A program made the position numbers and the translations under genes. A stretch of DNA of 64,000 bases. Origin: an uncultured Haloferacaceae archaeon (GTDB lineage: Archaea; Halobacteriota; Halobacteria; Halobacteriales; Haloferacaceae). Under the pieces are notes generated by a model. The model was given only the letters and a program-made list of their open reading frames with translations, made no database searches and was not told the origin of the DNA. Below, piece after piece: positions 30,641 through 40,052 of this stretch (position 1 is the stretch's first letter; each line of letters starts with the position of its first letter). The DNA lies in NCBI GenBank assembly GCA_964503105.1, contig CAZCYW010000006.1:15276-79275 (forward strand). The letters run 5' to 3'.

Positions 30641-31342
30641 ATGACACTCGTACTCCAGTTGGACCTCATCGGTCCCGAGACGCTGCCGTTGCTGTTGATT
30701 ACAGCAGGGCTGTTGATCTCGCTCACGGAGGCGTTAGCGCCGGGGGCGAATTTCATCGTTGTCGGCATTGGCTTGCTCGGGGCGGGGCTTGTCGGATTGT
30801 TGTTGAGCCCACTCATTGCACTGAGCCCGTTTATTCTCGGAATTCTCGTCTTGTTGTTCGGCTCGATTGCCTTCTACGTCTATCACGAATTCGACTTTTA
30901 CGGCGGCAAAGGTCAAGCACAAACGCGAGATTCGAACTCCTTGCAGGGAATGACAGGCCGAGTCACTGAAGCGGTCTCGCCGACCGGCGGCCAGATCAAA
31001 CTCCAGGGCGGCGGCTTCAACCCGTTCTACTCGGCGCGCTCGATGGATACGGAGATCCCCGAGGGAACAGACGTCATGGTCGTTGATCCCGGCGGGGGAA
31101 ATGTGGTAACGGTCGAATCGCTCTCGGTCATCGAGGACGACATCGACCGCCAGCTGGCTGCCGGTCGGAAAGAACGCGAAGCCGAGTCCGAGCCACCAAC
31201 ACAGGACGAAACGGCTGCAAAGGAGTTTATCGACAAGCGAAAAGAACGCGATTCGGAGACCGACAAGACGGACTCGGCCGACAAATCGGCTGGGAACGAA
31301 ACTGAAAACGCGGTTGAAAAAGAGACCGAATTCGAACAGTAG
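30641..31342 (+). CDS. NfeD-family membrane protein (short form, OB-fold C-domain)
   Basis: 233 aa; N-terminal TM bundle then beta-rich OB domain (GMTGRVTEAVSPTGGQIKLQGGG), followed by an SPFH gene, the classic arrangement. Confidence 0.65.
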   Translation: MTLVLQLDLIGPETLPLLLITAGLLISLTEALAPGANFIVVGIGLLGAGLVGLLLSPLIALSPFILGILVLLFGSIAFYVYHEFDFYGGKGQAQTRDSNSLQGMTGRVTEAVSPTGGQIKLQGGGFNPFYSARSMDTEIPEGTDVMVVDPGGGNVVTVESLSVIEDDIDRQLAAGRKEREAESEPPTQDETAAKEFIDKRKERDSETDKTDSADKSAGNETENAVEKETEFEQ

Positions 31343-31418
31343 GAGGGCACGACAACCCACAGGCCATCCCTTTATCCACCACCGAACTGGTTCGAAAGAT
31401 AACGCGAAGCCAACCCTT

Positions 31419-32582
31419 ATGGGCCTGTCAGCCCTCTGGGCAGGTATGGAGCCATTCGTACTGCAGGCCACACTGACGCTTACCGCAGTCGGCTTGTTGT
31501 TCATTTTTCTCGCCGTCGTCACGATCTGGCAGACGGTCGAAATTGTCGATGCATACGAGAAAAAGGCACTCACCGTCTTCGGTGAGTACCGGAAGCTACT
31601 CGAACCGGGATTCAACATCATCCCGCCGTTCGTTTCTCGAACCTATGCGTTCGATATGCGAACTCAGACGCTCGATGTGCCTCGACAAGAAGCAATCACG
31701 CGTGACAACTCGCCGGTGACCGCAGATGCCGTCGTCTACATCAAGGTCATGGACGCCAAGAAAGCCTTCCTCGAAGTCGACGACTACAAAAAAGCCGTCT
31801 CCAACCTCGCACAGACCACCTTGCGTGCAGTGCTCGGTGACATGGAACTAGACGACACGCTCAACAAGCGCCAGGAAATCAACGCGAAAATCAGAACCGA
31901 ACTCGACGAACCCACCGACGAGTGGGGAATCCGCGTCGAGAGCGTCGAAGTCCGTGAAGTCAACCCATCGAAAGAGGTCCAACAGGCCATGGAGCAACAG
32001 ACCTCCGCGGAACGTCGTCGCCGGGCGATGATCCTCGAAGCACAGGGTGAACGCCGCTCTGCGGTCGAAAAGGCAGAAGGTGACAAACAGAGTGACATCA
32101 TCCGCGCACAGGGTGAAAAACAGAGCCAAATCCTCGAAGCACAGGGTGACGCCATCTCGACGGTGTTGCGAGCGAAATCCGCCGAGGCCATGGGCGAGCG
32201 CGCGATCATCGAACGCGGGATGGAAACGCTCGAACGCATTGGGCAGGGCGAATCCTCGACGTTCGTCCTCCCGCAGGAACTTACCTCGCTGGTCGGTCGG
32301 TACGGCAAGCAGCTCTCGGGTAGTGACGTCCAAGAGAGCGAAGGGCTTGAGGGCAAGGAGTTCGACGATGATACCCGGAAAATGCTTGGGCTCGACGATA
32401 TCGACGAAATCCTCGGCGAAATCGATCAGGCTGCCGAAATGGATATTGAACAGCTCGAACAGGAGGCCGAACAGGTCAAAACCGGTGATGCCGAAATTGC
32501 TGGTTCCGAGACCGTCATCGACGAGGCTGACAACGACGTGGCTGACGAAGAGCTCCTCACCGAAACCGACAGCGCAGAGTAA
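31419..32582 (+). CDS. SPFH/band-7 (stomatin/prohibitin-like) protein
   Basis: start at ATG 31419 (MGLSALWAG...) within ORF 31314-32582; TM anchor, SPFH core (ITRDNSPVTADAVVYIKV), coiled-coil EAQGE repeats, acidic tail. Confidence 0.8.
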   Translation: MGLSALWAGMEPFVLQATLTLTAVGLLFIFLAVVTIWQTVEIVDAYEKKALTVFGEYRKLLEPGFNIIPPFVSRTYAFDMRTQTLDVPRQEAITRDNSPVTADAVVYIKVMDAKKAFLEVDDYKKAVSNLAQTTLRAVLGDMELDDTLNKRQEINAKIRTELDEPTDEWGIRVESVEVREVNPSKEVQQAMEQQTSAERRRRAMILEAQGERRSAVEKAEGDKQSDIIRAQGEKQSQILEAQGDAISTVLRAKSAEAMGERAIIERGMETLERIGQGESSTFVLPQELTSLVGRYGKQLSGSDVQESEGLEGKEFDDDTRKMLGLDDIDEILGEIDQAAEMDIEQLEQEAEQVKTGDAEIAGSETVIDEADNDVADEELLTETDSAE

Positions 32583-32737
32583 GTTCGAGGCAATTGGGAG
32601 CCCGGTAGAGCGTAACCAACTGAAACGTAACCCGAACCTATCTTGCCGTATATTGGAAGTATGCGTTCCCTACCGGTGTATTTCGACCGTTCAGCAACGA
32701 AGTACTTTTATCGCTGACCGACGGTATCTCTATATAT

Positions 32738-33364
32738 ATGACCGGTCCCGTCGATGAACGAAAGCGGACAACGCTCCGCCGGTTTGCCGCACTCGGAGCG
32801 GCAACACCCTTCGTCGGGCTCGCCAGCGCCGATACCGAGGCGACGGCCGAAAGCTCCTCTCGTAGTGCGGTTCCCGATGCGATCCGGGGCTATCTGTCGG
32901 CGACGCCAGGTGCACATTTTTCGAAGCTCCGCGATGATCTCCAGCTTGGAACAGGCGAAACCCAACATCACCTGCGTGGGCTCATCGAGGCCGGCGAAGT
33001 CGAGTCCCACCGCGACGGAGAGTACCGCCGGTTTTTTCCAGCCGGCCGGTTCTCATCGTTCGAACAGACTGCGCTTGGCTATCTTCGTCGAGAGACACCT
33101 CGCGGAATGGTAATCGAACTGCTCGAAGAGCCGGCCGAGACCGGGAGTGCACTCGCCGACCGACTTGATGTGTCACGGGCAACCGTCAGCAACTACGCCG
33201 GTGAACTCGAAGACGTTGGTCTCCTCGACCGGTCGGACGGCTACCGGATCGAACAGCCCGAGACCGTTCTCATGCTCTTGGTCCGGTATGCCGACTCATT
33301 TGGACCGGACGCGGTCGCGTTCGCCGCACACGCCGATGATTTGGTTCGGTTCAACCAGTCGTAA
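32738..33364 (+). CDS. double winged-helix protein with N-terminal twin-arginine (Tat)-like signal
   Basis: 208 aa; RRFAALGAATPFVGLASA Tat-type motif, then two wHTH-like modules. Confidence 0.5.
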   Translation: MTGPVDERKRTTLRRFAALGAATPFVGLASADTEATAESSSRSAVPDAIRGYLSATPGAHFSKLRDDLQLGTGETQHHLRGLIEAGEVESHRDGEYRRFFPAGRFSSFEQTALGYLRRETPRGMVIELLEEPAETGSALADRLDVSRATVSNYAGELEDVGLLDRSDGYRIEQPETVLMLLVRYADSFGPDAVAFAAHADDLVRFNQS

Positions 33365-33378
33365 AAAATACGGCGTCG

Positions 33379-33648
33379 TTAGACCGTTACCATCCAGGTC
33401 GTCCCCGAGGAATACCCCCACTTTTCTACCGAGAGACCGACCTCGCCGTCAACCAGCGGCGTCATGTTCGCGCCGACCTCTTTAGGACTCATATCGAGTT
33501 CTTCAGCGATGAGCCGAGATTTGAAATAGGTCTGGCTCTGGGCTGCCTCTCGAAGATAGCTGAGGATACGCTCTTGTTTGGCTGTCAACGTCGGGGTAGG
33601 TGACGCTGAAGTGCGTACCGGCGTCTCAGTCTGGGTGCTCGTGCTCAT
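33379..33648 (-). CDS. small winged-helix DNA-binding protein
   Basis: 89 aa; ILSYLREAA...LIAEELDMSPKEV wHTH signature. Confidence 0.45.
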   Translation of the reverse strand: MSTSTQTETPVRTSASPTPTLTAKQERILSYLREAAQSQTYFKSRLIAEELDMSPKEVGANMTPLVDGEVGLSVEKWGYSSGTTWMVTV

Positions 33649-33836
33649 ATATCGAGTAAGGGAATATCAGCTAATAGGGAGTTTGGTACGGCTGGTTAAC
33701 ACGCTCTCGTCGCTCGATTTTGCCGAGTAAAACCGCCCGAAAATTGACTGGTGGTGGCCGAACAGGTACGGTCAGTTAACAGACTGTCGACGCTTCTTGC
33801 CCACACGTGTTAACAACCGGTTTCACGCAGCGGTGT

Positions 33837-34583
33837 TCAGTCGGGATACAGCTGTTCGGAAAGCAGCTCGATGCCATCAAGAAGCCGTGGACTCGGCTGA
33901 TTTAACAGCGAGTCGTCAAACACGTGGACAACTGCATCAAGCGACCAGCCCCGGTCGGCGATTCGGTCCGCAGAAACCTGGTCTCCGGTTCCACAGATAT
34001 GGAGCACCGCATGGTCGGGATCGGCAGCTTCAACGGTCTCGCGGTCGACTTCAGCCGAGCGCGCACCCGGATCAACGAAGGGATACTGTCCGCCAGCGGC
34101 TACAACCGCATCAGGGACCCAGTTGCCAGCAGCCATTGGCGGGTCAGACCACTCCTCACAGTAGACGACTGGTCGGCTCCCGTCCCCGTGTTCGCGGCTC
34201 GCTTCGACACGCGCGTCGACAGCAGCAAGTCGATCACGGCTCTCAGAGACCAGCCGCTCGCCAGCCGCCGGAACACCCGCGGCCGCGGCAAGTGACTCGA
34301 ACCCTGAGACAACCGCTGAAAGCTGGCTGGGTTCGTCGTGATAGACCGTGTAACCGCGCTCAATCAGTTCGTCCCGAATATCGCGCTGAAGGCTGTCGCT
34401 CGTACAGACGAGATCCGGCGACAGCGTTTCTAGGTGGTCATAATCCGGATTCAGCCAGCCACCGACAACTGGCCGATCGAGTTCACAGTGGGCGGTAACG
34501 CCGACAATCTGTTCATCGAGACCAAGCGCCGACAGTGTGGCTGTCGCACTCGGAGCCAGCGAGACGATCCGTAGAGACGACAT
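33837..34583 (-). CDS. BtuF/FecB-like (class III) periplasmic-binding-fold protein, no signal peptide
   Basis: start at internal ATG 34583 (MSSLRIVSLAPSATATL...), typical of cobalamin/siderophore binding proteins; no adjacent permease/ATPase. Confidence 0.55.
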   Translation of the reverse strand: MSSLRIVSLAPSATATLSALGLDEQIVGVTAHCELDRPVVGGWLNPDYDHLETLSPDLVCTSDSLQRDIRDELIERGYTVYHDEPSQLSAVVSGFESLAAAAGVPAAGERLVSESRDRLAAVDARVEASREHGDGSRPVVYCEEWSDPPMAAGNWVPDAVVAAGGQYPFVDPGARSAEVDRETVEAADPDHAVLHICGTGDQVSADRIADRGWSLDAVVHVFDDSLLNQPSPRLLDGIELLSEQLYPD

Positions 34584-34786
34584 ACCAGTACTCAACCGGG
34601 AACAGTCAAAGAATATCCGGTTTTTATCAGCCATTTGACTGCAGACTATCAGGGTCATTCACCGCAATTTCGACGGTATAGCGTTGTTTCAGCCCAATAC
34701 CAAACTGCTTAAGTAACATTCTGTCTTCTTTTTGGCAACGATCGCTCCCGATTTTTTATCCCACGTGACGGGGGCACTGCCTACCA

Positions 34787-35782
34787 ATGAGTGAACGAAC
34801 ATTTACCACGAGATCCAGCCGGTCGCCGACGAGAGAGCGACGGCGAGGAACCGAGACGACAACCGAAGACGAGACCGAGCATGATAGCCTTCAGTGTCCA
34901 GAATGCAGCGGCAACGTCATCACCGACGACGAACACGGCGAAACCGTCTGTGACGACTGTGGACTCGTAATCACCGAAGACTCGGTCGACCGCGGTCCAG
35001 AATGGCGGGCGTTCGACAGCGCCGAAAAAGACCAGAAATCCCGCGTCGGTGCACCGACGACCAACACGATGCACGACAAGGGCTTGAGTACGAACATCGA
35101 CTGGCGAAACAAAGATGCCTACGGTCGGTCGCTCGGCGCACGCCAGCGCCAGAAAATGCAGCGGCTCCGCAAATGGAACGAGCGGTTCCGCACCCGCGAC
35201 TCGAAAGAACGAAACCTCAAGCAGGCGCTCGGTGAGATCGACCGGATGGCCAGCGCGGTCGGCCTACCGGACAACGTCCGTGAGACCGCTTCGGTGATCT
35301 ACCGACGCGCACTCAACGAGGATCTCCTTCCTGGCCGCTCGATCGAGGGCGTTGCAACCTCGTGTGTCTATGCAGCCGCCCGAATGGCTGGCGTCCCACG
35401 GAGCCTTGATGAGATTGCCGACGTCTCGCGTGTCGAAAAAAGCGAGATCGCCCGGACTTACCGCTATGTCGTCCGCGAGCTGTCGCTCGAAGTCCGACCC
35501 GCCGATCCAGAGCAGTACGTCCCGCGGTTTGCCTCGTCGCTCGATCTGTCGGAAGAATCCGAGATGCGAGCCAAACAGCTCTTGAAAAACGCCAAAGAGC
35601 AGGGTGTCCACAGTGGAAAATCACCGGTTGGACTCGCTGCGGCCGCCGTCTACGCCGCCGCACTGCTCACGAACGAGAAGACGACACAGGCAGCCGTCTC
35701 GGAGGTCGCCGATATCTCGGAAGTCACGATCCGAAACCGGTACCACGAACTACTCGAAGCCGAAGAAGAAATGCTCGTTTAG
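34787..35782 (+). CDS. tfb: transcription initiation factor IIB (TFB)
   Basis: 331 aa; N-terminal Zn ribbon CPECSG...CDDCG, B-reader/linker, two cyclin-fold repeats. Confidence 0.9.
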   Translation: MSERTFTTRSSRSPTRERRRGTETTTEDETEHDSLQCPECSGNVITDDEHGETVCDDCGLVITEDSVDRGPEWRAFDSAEKDQKSRVGAPTTNTMHDKGLSTNIDWRNKDAYGRSLGARQRQKMQRLRKWNERFRTRDSKERNLKQALGEIDRMASAVGLPDNVRETASVIYRRALNEDLLPGRSIEGVATSCVYAAARMAGVPRSLDEIADVSRVEKSEIARTYRYVVRELSLEVRPADPEQYVPRFASSLDLSEESEMRAKQLLKNAKEQGVHSGKSPVGLAAAAVYAAALLTNEKTTQAAVSEVADISEVTIRNRYHELLEAEEEMLV

Positions 35783-37506
35783 GCGGTTCGATCGATTTTC
35801 GTTGGTTCGTCTGTTGGCCGCTGTTCGACGTGTGTCGTGACGTGCGTAATTTCGAAGCGCGCACCGCCCGTCTCTCCATTTGAAACACTGATCGTCCAGC
35901 CGTGTGCATCGACGATTTCCTTGACAATGGCAAGTCCGAATCCGGTTCCGTTTCGTGTCGTCGTGAAACCCGATTCGAAGACGTCGGCCTGTTTGTCTTG
36001 TGGAATTCCAGAGCCAGTGTCCTCGATATAAAACCCTGCTGGGGTTTCGAGCGCCCCCACGTGGATGGTGACCGTTTGGCCACCATGCTCGATACTATTA
36101 CGAAACAGATTTTCAAACAGCTGCTGGAGCCGCTCTGGATCCGCCTCGAATGTGAGATCGTCGTCGACGACGAGTTGTGCATCGACGCTGTCGACCATCT
36201 CCCAACAGTCAGTGACGACGTGTGCCAACGAGACACGGTCGGTGTCATCAATCGGCTGGCCTTGGCGGGCTAAGACGAGTAAGTCTCCAATGAGTGTCTC
36301 CATCCGGGTGAGTGTTCGATCAACAGTCTCGAGCGAGTTGCTCAGTTGCTCGTTCGAGCCACTCGACAGTGCCTCACGGGCGATATCGATGTTACCCTGT
36401 GCAACGTTGAGTGGGTTTCGCAGATCGTGAGAAACCATGCCCGCAAACGCCTCAAGCCGGTTGTTTTGCCGTTCGAGCTCCTGTCGATACTGCTCTTGGT
36501 TGGTTACATCGGTAAATACGATTAGCTGGCCAAGGCGGGCATGGCTGGCTGAAAACGGATTCGTTGAGACACGGAAGTAGCGGAGTTTGCCGTTTTGTCT
36601 CTGGGTAATGATCTCGTCTGTTGTCTCGCCAACAGCCACTGCGGGCAGTATCTCTGATAGCTCCACACCGGTATTCGTCGCCAACCCAGGAAAGAGCCCA
36701 ACAGCACTCGAATTGAAATCGCGAATCTGGTTGTCTTCATCCAACACGATAACGGGATCGTCGTACTGGCCAGCGAGCTGAATGCTCTCGAACCGATCGA
36801 TATAGACGAACAATACGCCTACAGCGAAGACGGCGACGCCGAGTGCAGAGTACGTAATATCGACGAACAACGGGCTGACAAAGCCGACAATATCGAGGAC
36901 GACCGGGAGCGCCGTAAGCCCAACAAGCACGACAAACGGCGTTGTGTCGTAATCGACCTGTGCAAACAGCTCAAACAACATGAAAATCCCCACAATGGCC
37001 AGTGAATATGAAAGTGCCATCGCGACCCAGTGCAGCGGCTGGTGGGTTATCATCAGATGGGCGAAGGGAACGGTTGCTTCGGTTGCCGTGAAATACAGCC
37101 CGTGATACGGATTTGTGAGTTTGATCGCGACAATGCCGAGATAGACGCCGACAGCGGTCCACTGGTAGGTTTTGTTATGATGAAGCGCGCGGCCGGTGTA
37201 TGCCGAACAAAAATAGAGCCATGGCCCAACAGTGCTGAGCCCGACGATCAATCCAGCCATGTAGAACCCGTATTGGAGACCCGTTGTCGGTGCAATAAGA
37301 TACCCCACGTGCAGTGCGGCCCAGACGCCACTAATTGCGAGAAGCGCAACAAGTCCGTGACGAGTATCGATATTTTCGATCTGTCGAGCGCGCCGAAGGC
37401 TCCCAAAGCAGATCAGCGCAGCAGTACCGAATGCAAGCAGATAGATCTCAAAAAGCGGGACGCCAATAGACAACACGATGCCTACCGCAGAGAGTAGTGG
37501 AATCAT
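35779..37506 (-). CDS. membrane sensor histidine kinase (multi-TM N-domain, PAS, HisKA, HATPase_c)
   Basis: 575 aa; ~8 TM helices, PAS-like segment, H-box SHDLRNPL, N/G boxes (EDTGSGI, GTGFGLAIV). Confidence 0.8.
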   Translation of the reverse strand: MIPLLSAVGIVLSIGVPLFEIYLLAFGTAALICFGSLRRARQIENIDTRHGLVALLAISGVWAALHVGYLIAPTTGLQYGFYMAGLIVGLSTVGPWLYFCSAYTGRALHHNKTYQWTAVGVYLGIVAIKLTNPYHGLYFTATEATVPFAHLMITHQPLHWVAMALSYSLAIVGIFMLFELFAQVDYDTTPFVVLVGLTALPVVLDIVGFVSPLFVDITYSALGVAVFAVGVLFVYIDRFESIQLAGQYDDPVIVLDEDNQIRDFNSSAVGLFPGLATNTGVELSEILPAVAVGETTDEIITQRQNGKLRYFRVSTNPFSASHARLGQLIVFTDVTNQEQYRQELERQNNRLEAFAGMVSHDLRNPLNVAQGNIDIAREALSSGSNEQLSNSLETVDRTLTRMETLIGDLLVLARQGQPIDDTDRVSLAHVVTDCWEMVDSVDAQLVVDDDLTFEADPERLQQLFENLFRNSIEHGGQTVTIHVGALETPAGFYIEDTGSGIPQDKQADVFESGFTTTRNGTGFGLAIVKEIVDAHGWTISVSNGETGGARFEITHVTTHVEQRPTDEPTKIDRTA

Positions 37507-37664
37507 TATTTGTCGGGGGAACGAACGCGTACCAACATCGATGCTATTTGTTTTGTACTAATAAACGTGCGTGCTTGCTGTAAATTTACTATCGTGTTAT
37601 CTAGCGCTGTCGCACGCGTTATTTGGTGAAATAAATAAAAACGAGCACAGCTGGCAAAGAGAAA
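37507..37664. promoter_or_regulatory. AT-rich intergenic region between histidine kinase (5' end) and coxB (3' end)
   Basis: ttgtactaataaacgtg / ctgtaaatttactatcg TATA-like boxes upstream of the kinase start. Confidence 0.3.
37612..37645 (-). terminator. T-rich tract (minus strand) downstream of coxB
   Basis: plus-strand ttatttggtgaaataaataaaaacgag reads as oligo-T runs on the coding strand of coxB ~20-50 nt past its stop. Confidence 0.3.
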
Positions 37665-38450
37665 TTATGCGTCTGTTTCTTCGGCCTCGTCGTCATCCTC
37701 GTCAGCCTGCTCTTCTACCTGCTCTGCAATCCACGCGTCGTACTCATCGGGTTCGACGACTTCAATTGTGAAGTACATGTTCGAGTGGGCAAGACCACAG
37801 TACTCCGAGCAGTAGCCCTGGTAGGTGCCCGTCTCGCTGACATTGGTCTTGATATACGTCGTCTGATCCGGGATGGCATCCATCTTCAGACCGAGTTCCG
37901 GCACGTGGAAGCCGTGTATCACATCAACCGCATCGATTTGGAAATATAAGTCTTGATCCGACGGCACCACGACTGTCGGACCAGCCCCGGAACCACCGAA
38001 TTCGAGGTCTTCATCGAGATAGCCGTTATCAGAGGCGTTGTACCGCATATCCCAGCCCCACTGGTAGGCTTCTGCCTGTACAAGCACATCGTTTTCCTCA
38101 GGGGCGACCTCGTCTTCGCCACCGGTGAACGTGACGTTCTCGTCGGCCATGACGCCGTAGGAGGCGACACCGACGAACAGGAGGATAATTGCGGTTGCAA
38201 CCGTCCACGTGATTTCGAGACGGCGGTTCTCTTTGGTTGGTTTCGGATCGTCGTTGTCCTTGAACCGAAGAACGGCGTAAATGAGAATAATCTCAACGAG
38301 TAGCGTAATCGGCAGGGCGATATACAGGAGCTTGTCGTTGAGTTCGTTGATCAAATTAGCCGTGGTCGACTGTGCGGCAACCGGCTGCGCCAAAAATGCC
38401 AAAAGCGCCACCGAAAGCAGCGAAGCGAGTGCGAGACGCTTAGCTTTCAT
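37665..38450 (-). CDS. coxB: cytochrome c oxidase subunit II (CuA cupredoxin)
   Basis: 261 aa; signal/TM, CuA ligands HGFHVP...CSEYCGLAHSNM. Confidence 0.85.
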   Translation of the reverse strand: MKAKRLALASLLSVALLAFLAQPVAAQSTTANLINELNDKLLYIALPITLLVEIILIYAVLRFKDNDDPKPTKENRRLEITWTVATAIILLFVGVASYGVMADENVTFTGGEDEVAPEENDVLVQAEAYQWGWDMRYNASDNGYLDEDLEFGGSGAGPTVVVPSDQDLYFQIDAVDVIHGFHVPELGLKMDAIPDQTTYIKTNVSETGTYQGYCSEYCGLAHSNMYFTIEVVEPDEYDAWIAEQVEEQADEDDDEAEETDA

Positions 38451-38607
38451 ATTACTACTGGCTTGGAATGGGCGGCGTAAATACCTACTGACTCAACGCG
38501 CATTGTGTACGGACGCATCGATAGCAGTAGGCCACATAACTGATTTTGGCGTGGCAAGCAGAGGACAACACAGACCGCGTTTGTGCGCCGAAGCGGGGCT
38601 CCTATAT

Positions 38608-40035
38608 ATGGCCAGATCCAATGTGCCAATAGTGACTATGACCACCCGATCGCCGGATCGGTTCCCGGCGCTATTGGCGGCGACGACGATGGGCGTATAC
38701 GTGCTGCTCGTCGTCGGTGTTGCGACCGCCCTGACGGACGCAGCCGCCGCCTGTACCTCATGGCCAGCTTGCGGAGCCGGCTGGTCGCTCCCGAGCAGTG
38801 TTGATGGGTGGATCGCATTCGGCCATCGGATTGTTGCTGTCGTCGTTGGTATCGCGGTACTTGGAACCACAATTCTCGCGTGGCGCCTGAAAGCGAGCCG
38901 CCGCGTCCGCGGCGCACTGTTAGTCGGTCTCCTGTTGTATCCGGCACAAGCCGGTCTCGGAGCGGTTGTCGCAACAACTGGCGGCACGGAAACCGTCTCA
39001 GCAGTTCACTTGCTAGCTGGTATGTTGATTTTTGGAAGCTTACTTGCGGCGCTCACGTGGTGGCTCGAAGCTGAAACGGGCGATCCAACTGACGTTCCCG
39101 CCGACCCACCGGAAGCCGCAGAGCCGCTCGATGCTGGCGAACGGCCACCGATTCCAACCGAACCGGTTGCTCGCGCGAAAGCAACAGTTTACGCCTATTT
39201 CCGACTGATGAAACCGCGGCTGATGTGGCTTCTCTGTCTCGTGGCTGCGGCCGCAATGGCGCTTGCCGGCGGGGCTGGGCTGACACCCTATACTGTCGCT
39301 GCAACACTTATTGCAGGGTCGCTCTCGATCGGCGCGTCTGGAACATTTAATCACATCCTCGAACGCGATATCGACCGACGGATGGCCCGAACCAGCGACC
39401 GGCCGTTGGCGACCGATCTGGTTCCGCTCGGGAACGCAGTCGCCTTCGGCCTCCTGTTGACCGTGCTCTCAGTCGGGCTTTTTGCGACGATTAACTGGCT
39501 CACCGCCGCACTGGGACTGGTAGCAATCCTGTTTTACAGTGTGATCTACACGCTGATTCTCAAGCCCAATACAGTACAGAACACCGTCCTTGGCGGGGCA
39601 GCCGGTGCATTGCCGGCGCTGATCGGCTGGGCGGCAGTGACTGGTGAAATCGGTCTCGGCGGGCTCCTGCTTGCAACGTTCATTTTCCTGTGGACGCCAG
39701 CGCACTTTTACAACCTCGCGTTGGCCTACAAGGAGGATTACGAGCGCGGCGGGTTCCCAATGATGCCAGTCGTCCGCGGTGAGACAGCGACCCGGAGACA
39801 CATTTGCTGGTATCTCGGCGCGACGCTGCTTGCGGGGGCTGTGCTGGCCGGTTCGACGACGCTCGGCTGGCTCTATGTCCTCACGAGCGTCGTCTTTGGC
39901 GGGCTCTTTCTCTGGCTCGTGATCGACCTCCATTACAAACAGACTGAAAAGGCAGCGTTCCGCTCGTTCCACGGCTCGAATGCCTACCTTGGCTTCGTCC
40001 TCTTGGCGATTGTCGTCGAAGGGCTAGTCTTCTAA
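38608..40035 (+). CDS. ctaA-ctaB: fused heme A synthase / protoheme IX farnesyltransferase (CtaA-CtaB)
   Basis: start ATG 38608 in ORF 38281-40035; N-domain with CTSWPACGAGW motif and His-containing TM helices (CtaA type); C-domain UbiA-family prenyltransferase motifs (NHILERDIDRRMARTSDRP; YSVIYTLILKP). Confidence 0.8.
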   Translation: MARSNVPIVTMTTRSPDRFPALLAATTMGVYVLLVVGVATALTDAAAACTSWPACGAGWSLPSSVDGWIAFGHRIVAVVVGIAVLGTTILAWRLKASRRVRGALLVGLLLYPAQAGLGAVVATTGGTETVSAVHLLAGMLIFGSLLAALTWWLEAETGDPTDVPADPPEAAEPLDAGERPPIPTEPVARAKATVYAYFRLMKPRLMWLLCLVAAAAMALAGGAGLTPYTVAATLIAGSLSIGASGTFNHILERDIDRRMARTSDRPLATDLVPLGNAVAFGLLLTVLSVGLFATINWLTAALGLVAILFYSVIYTLILKPNTVQNTVLGGAAGALPALIGWAAVTGEIGLGGLLLATFIFLWTPAHFYNLALAYKEDYERGGFPMMPVVRGETATRRHICWYLGATLLAGAVLAGSTTLGWLYVLTSVVFGGLFLWLVIDLHYKQTEKAAFRSFHGSNAYLGFVLLAIVVEGLVF

Positions 40036-40052
40036 CGGCTGAAATCGCGACG

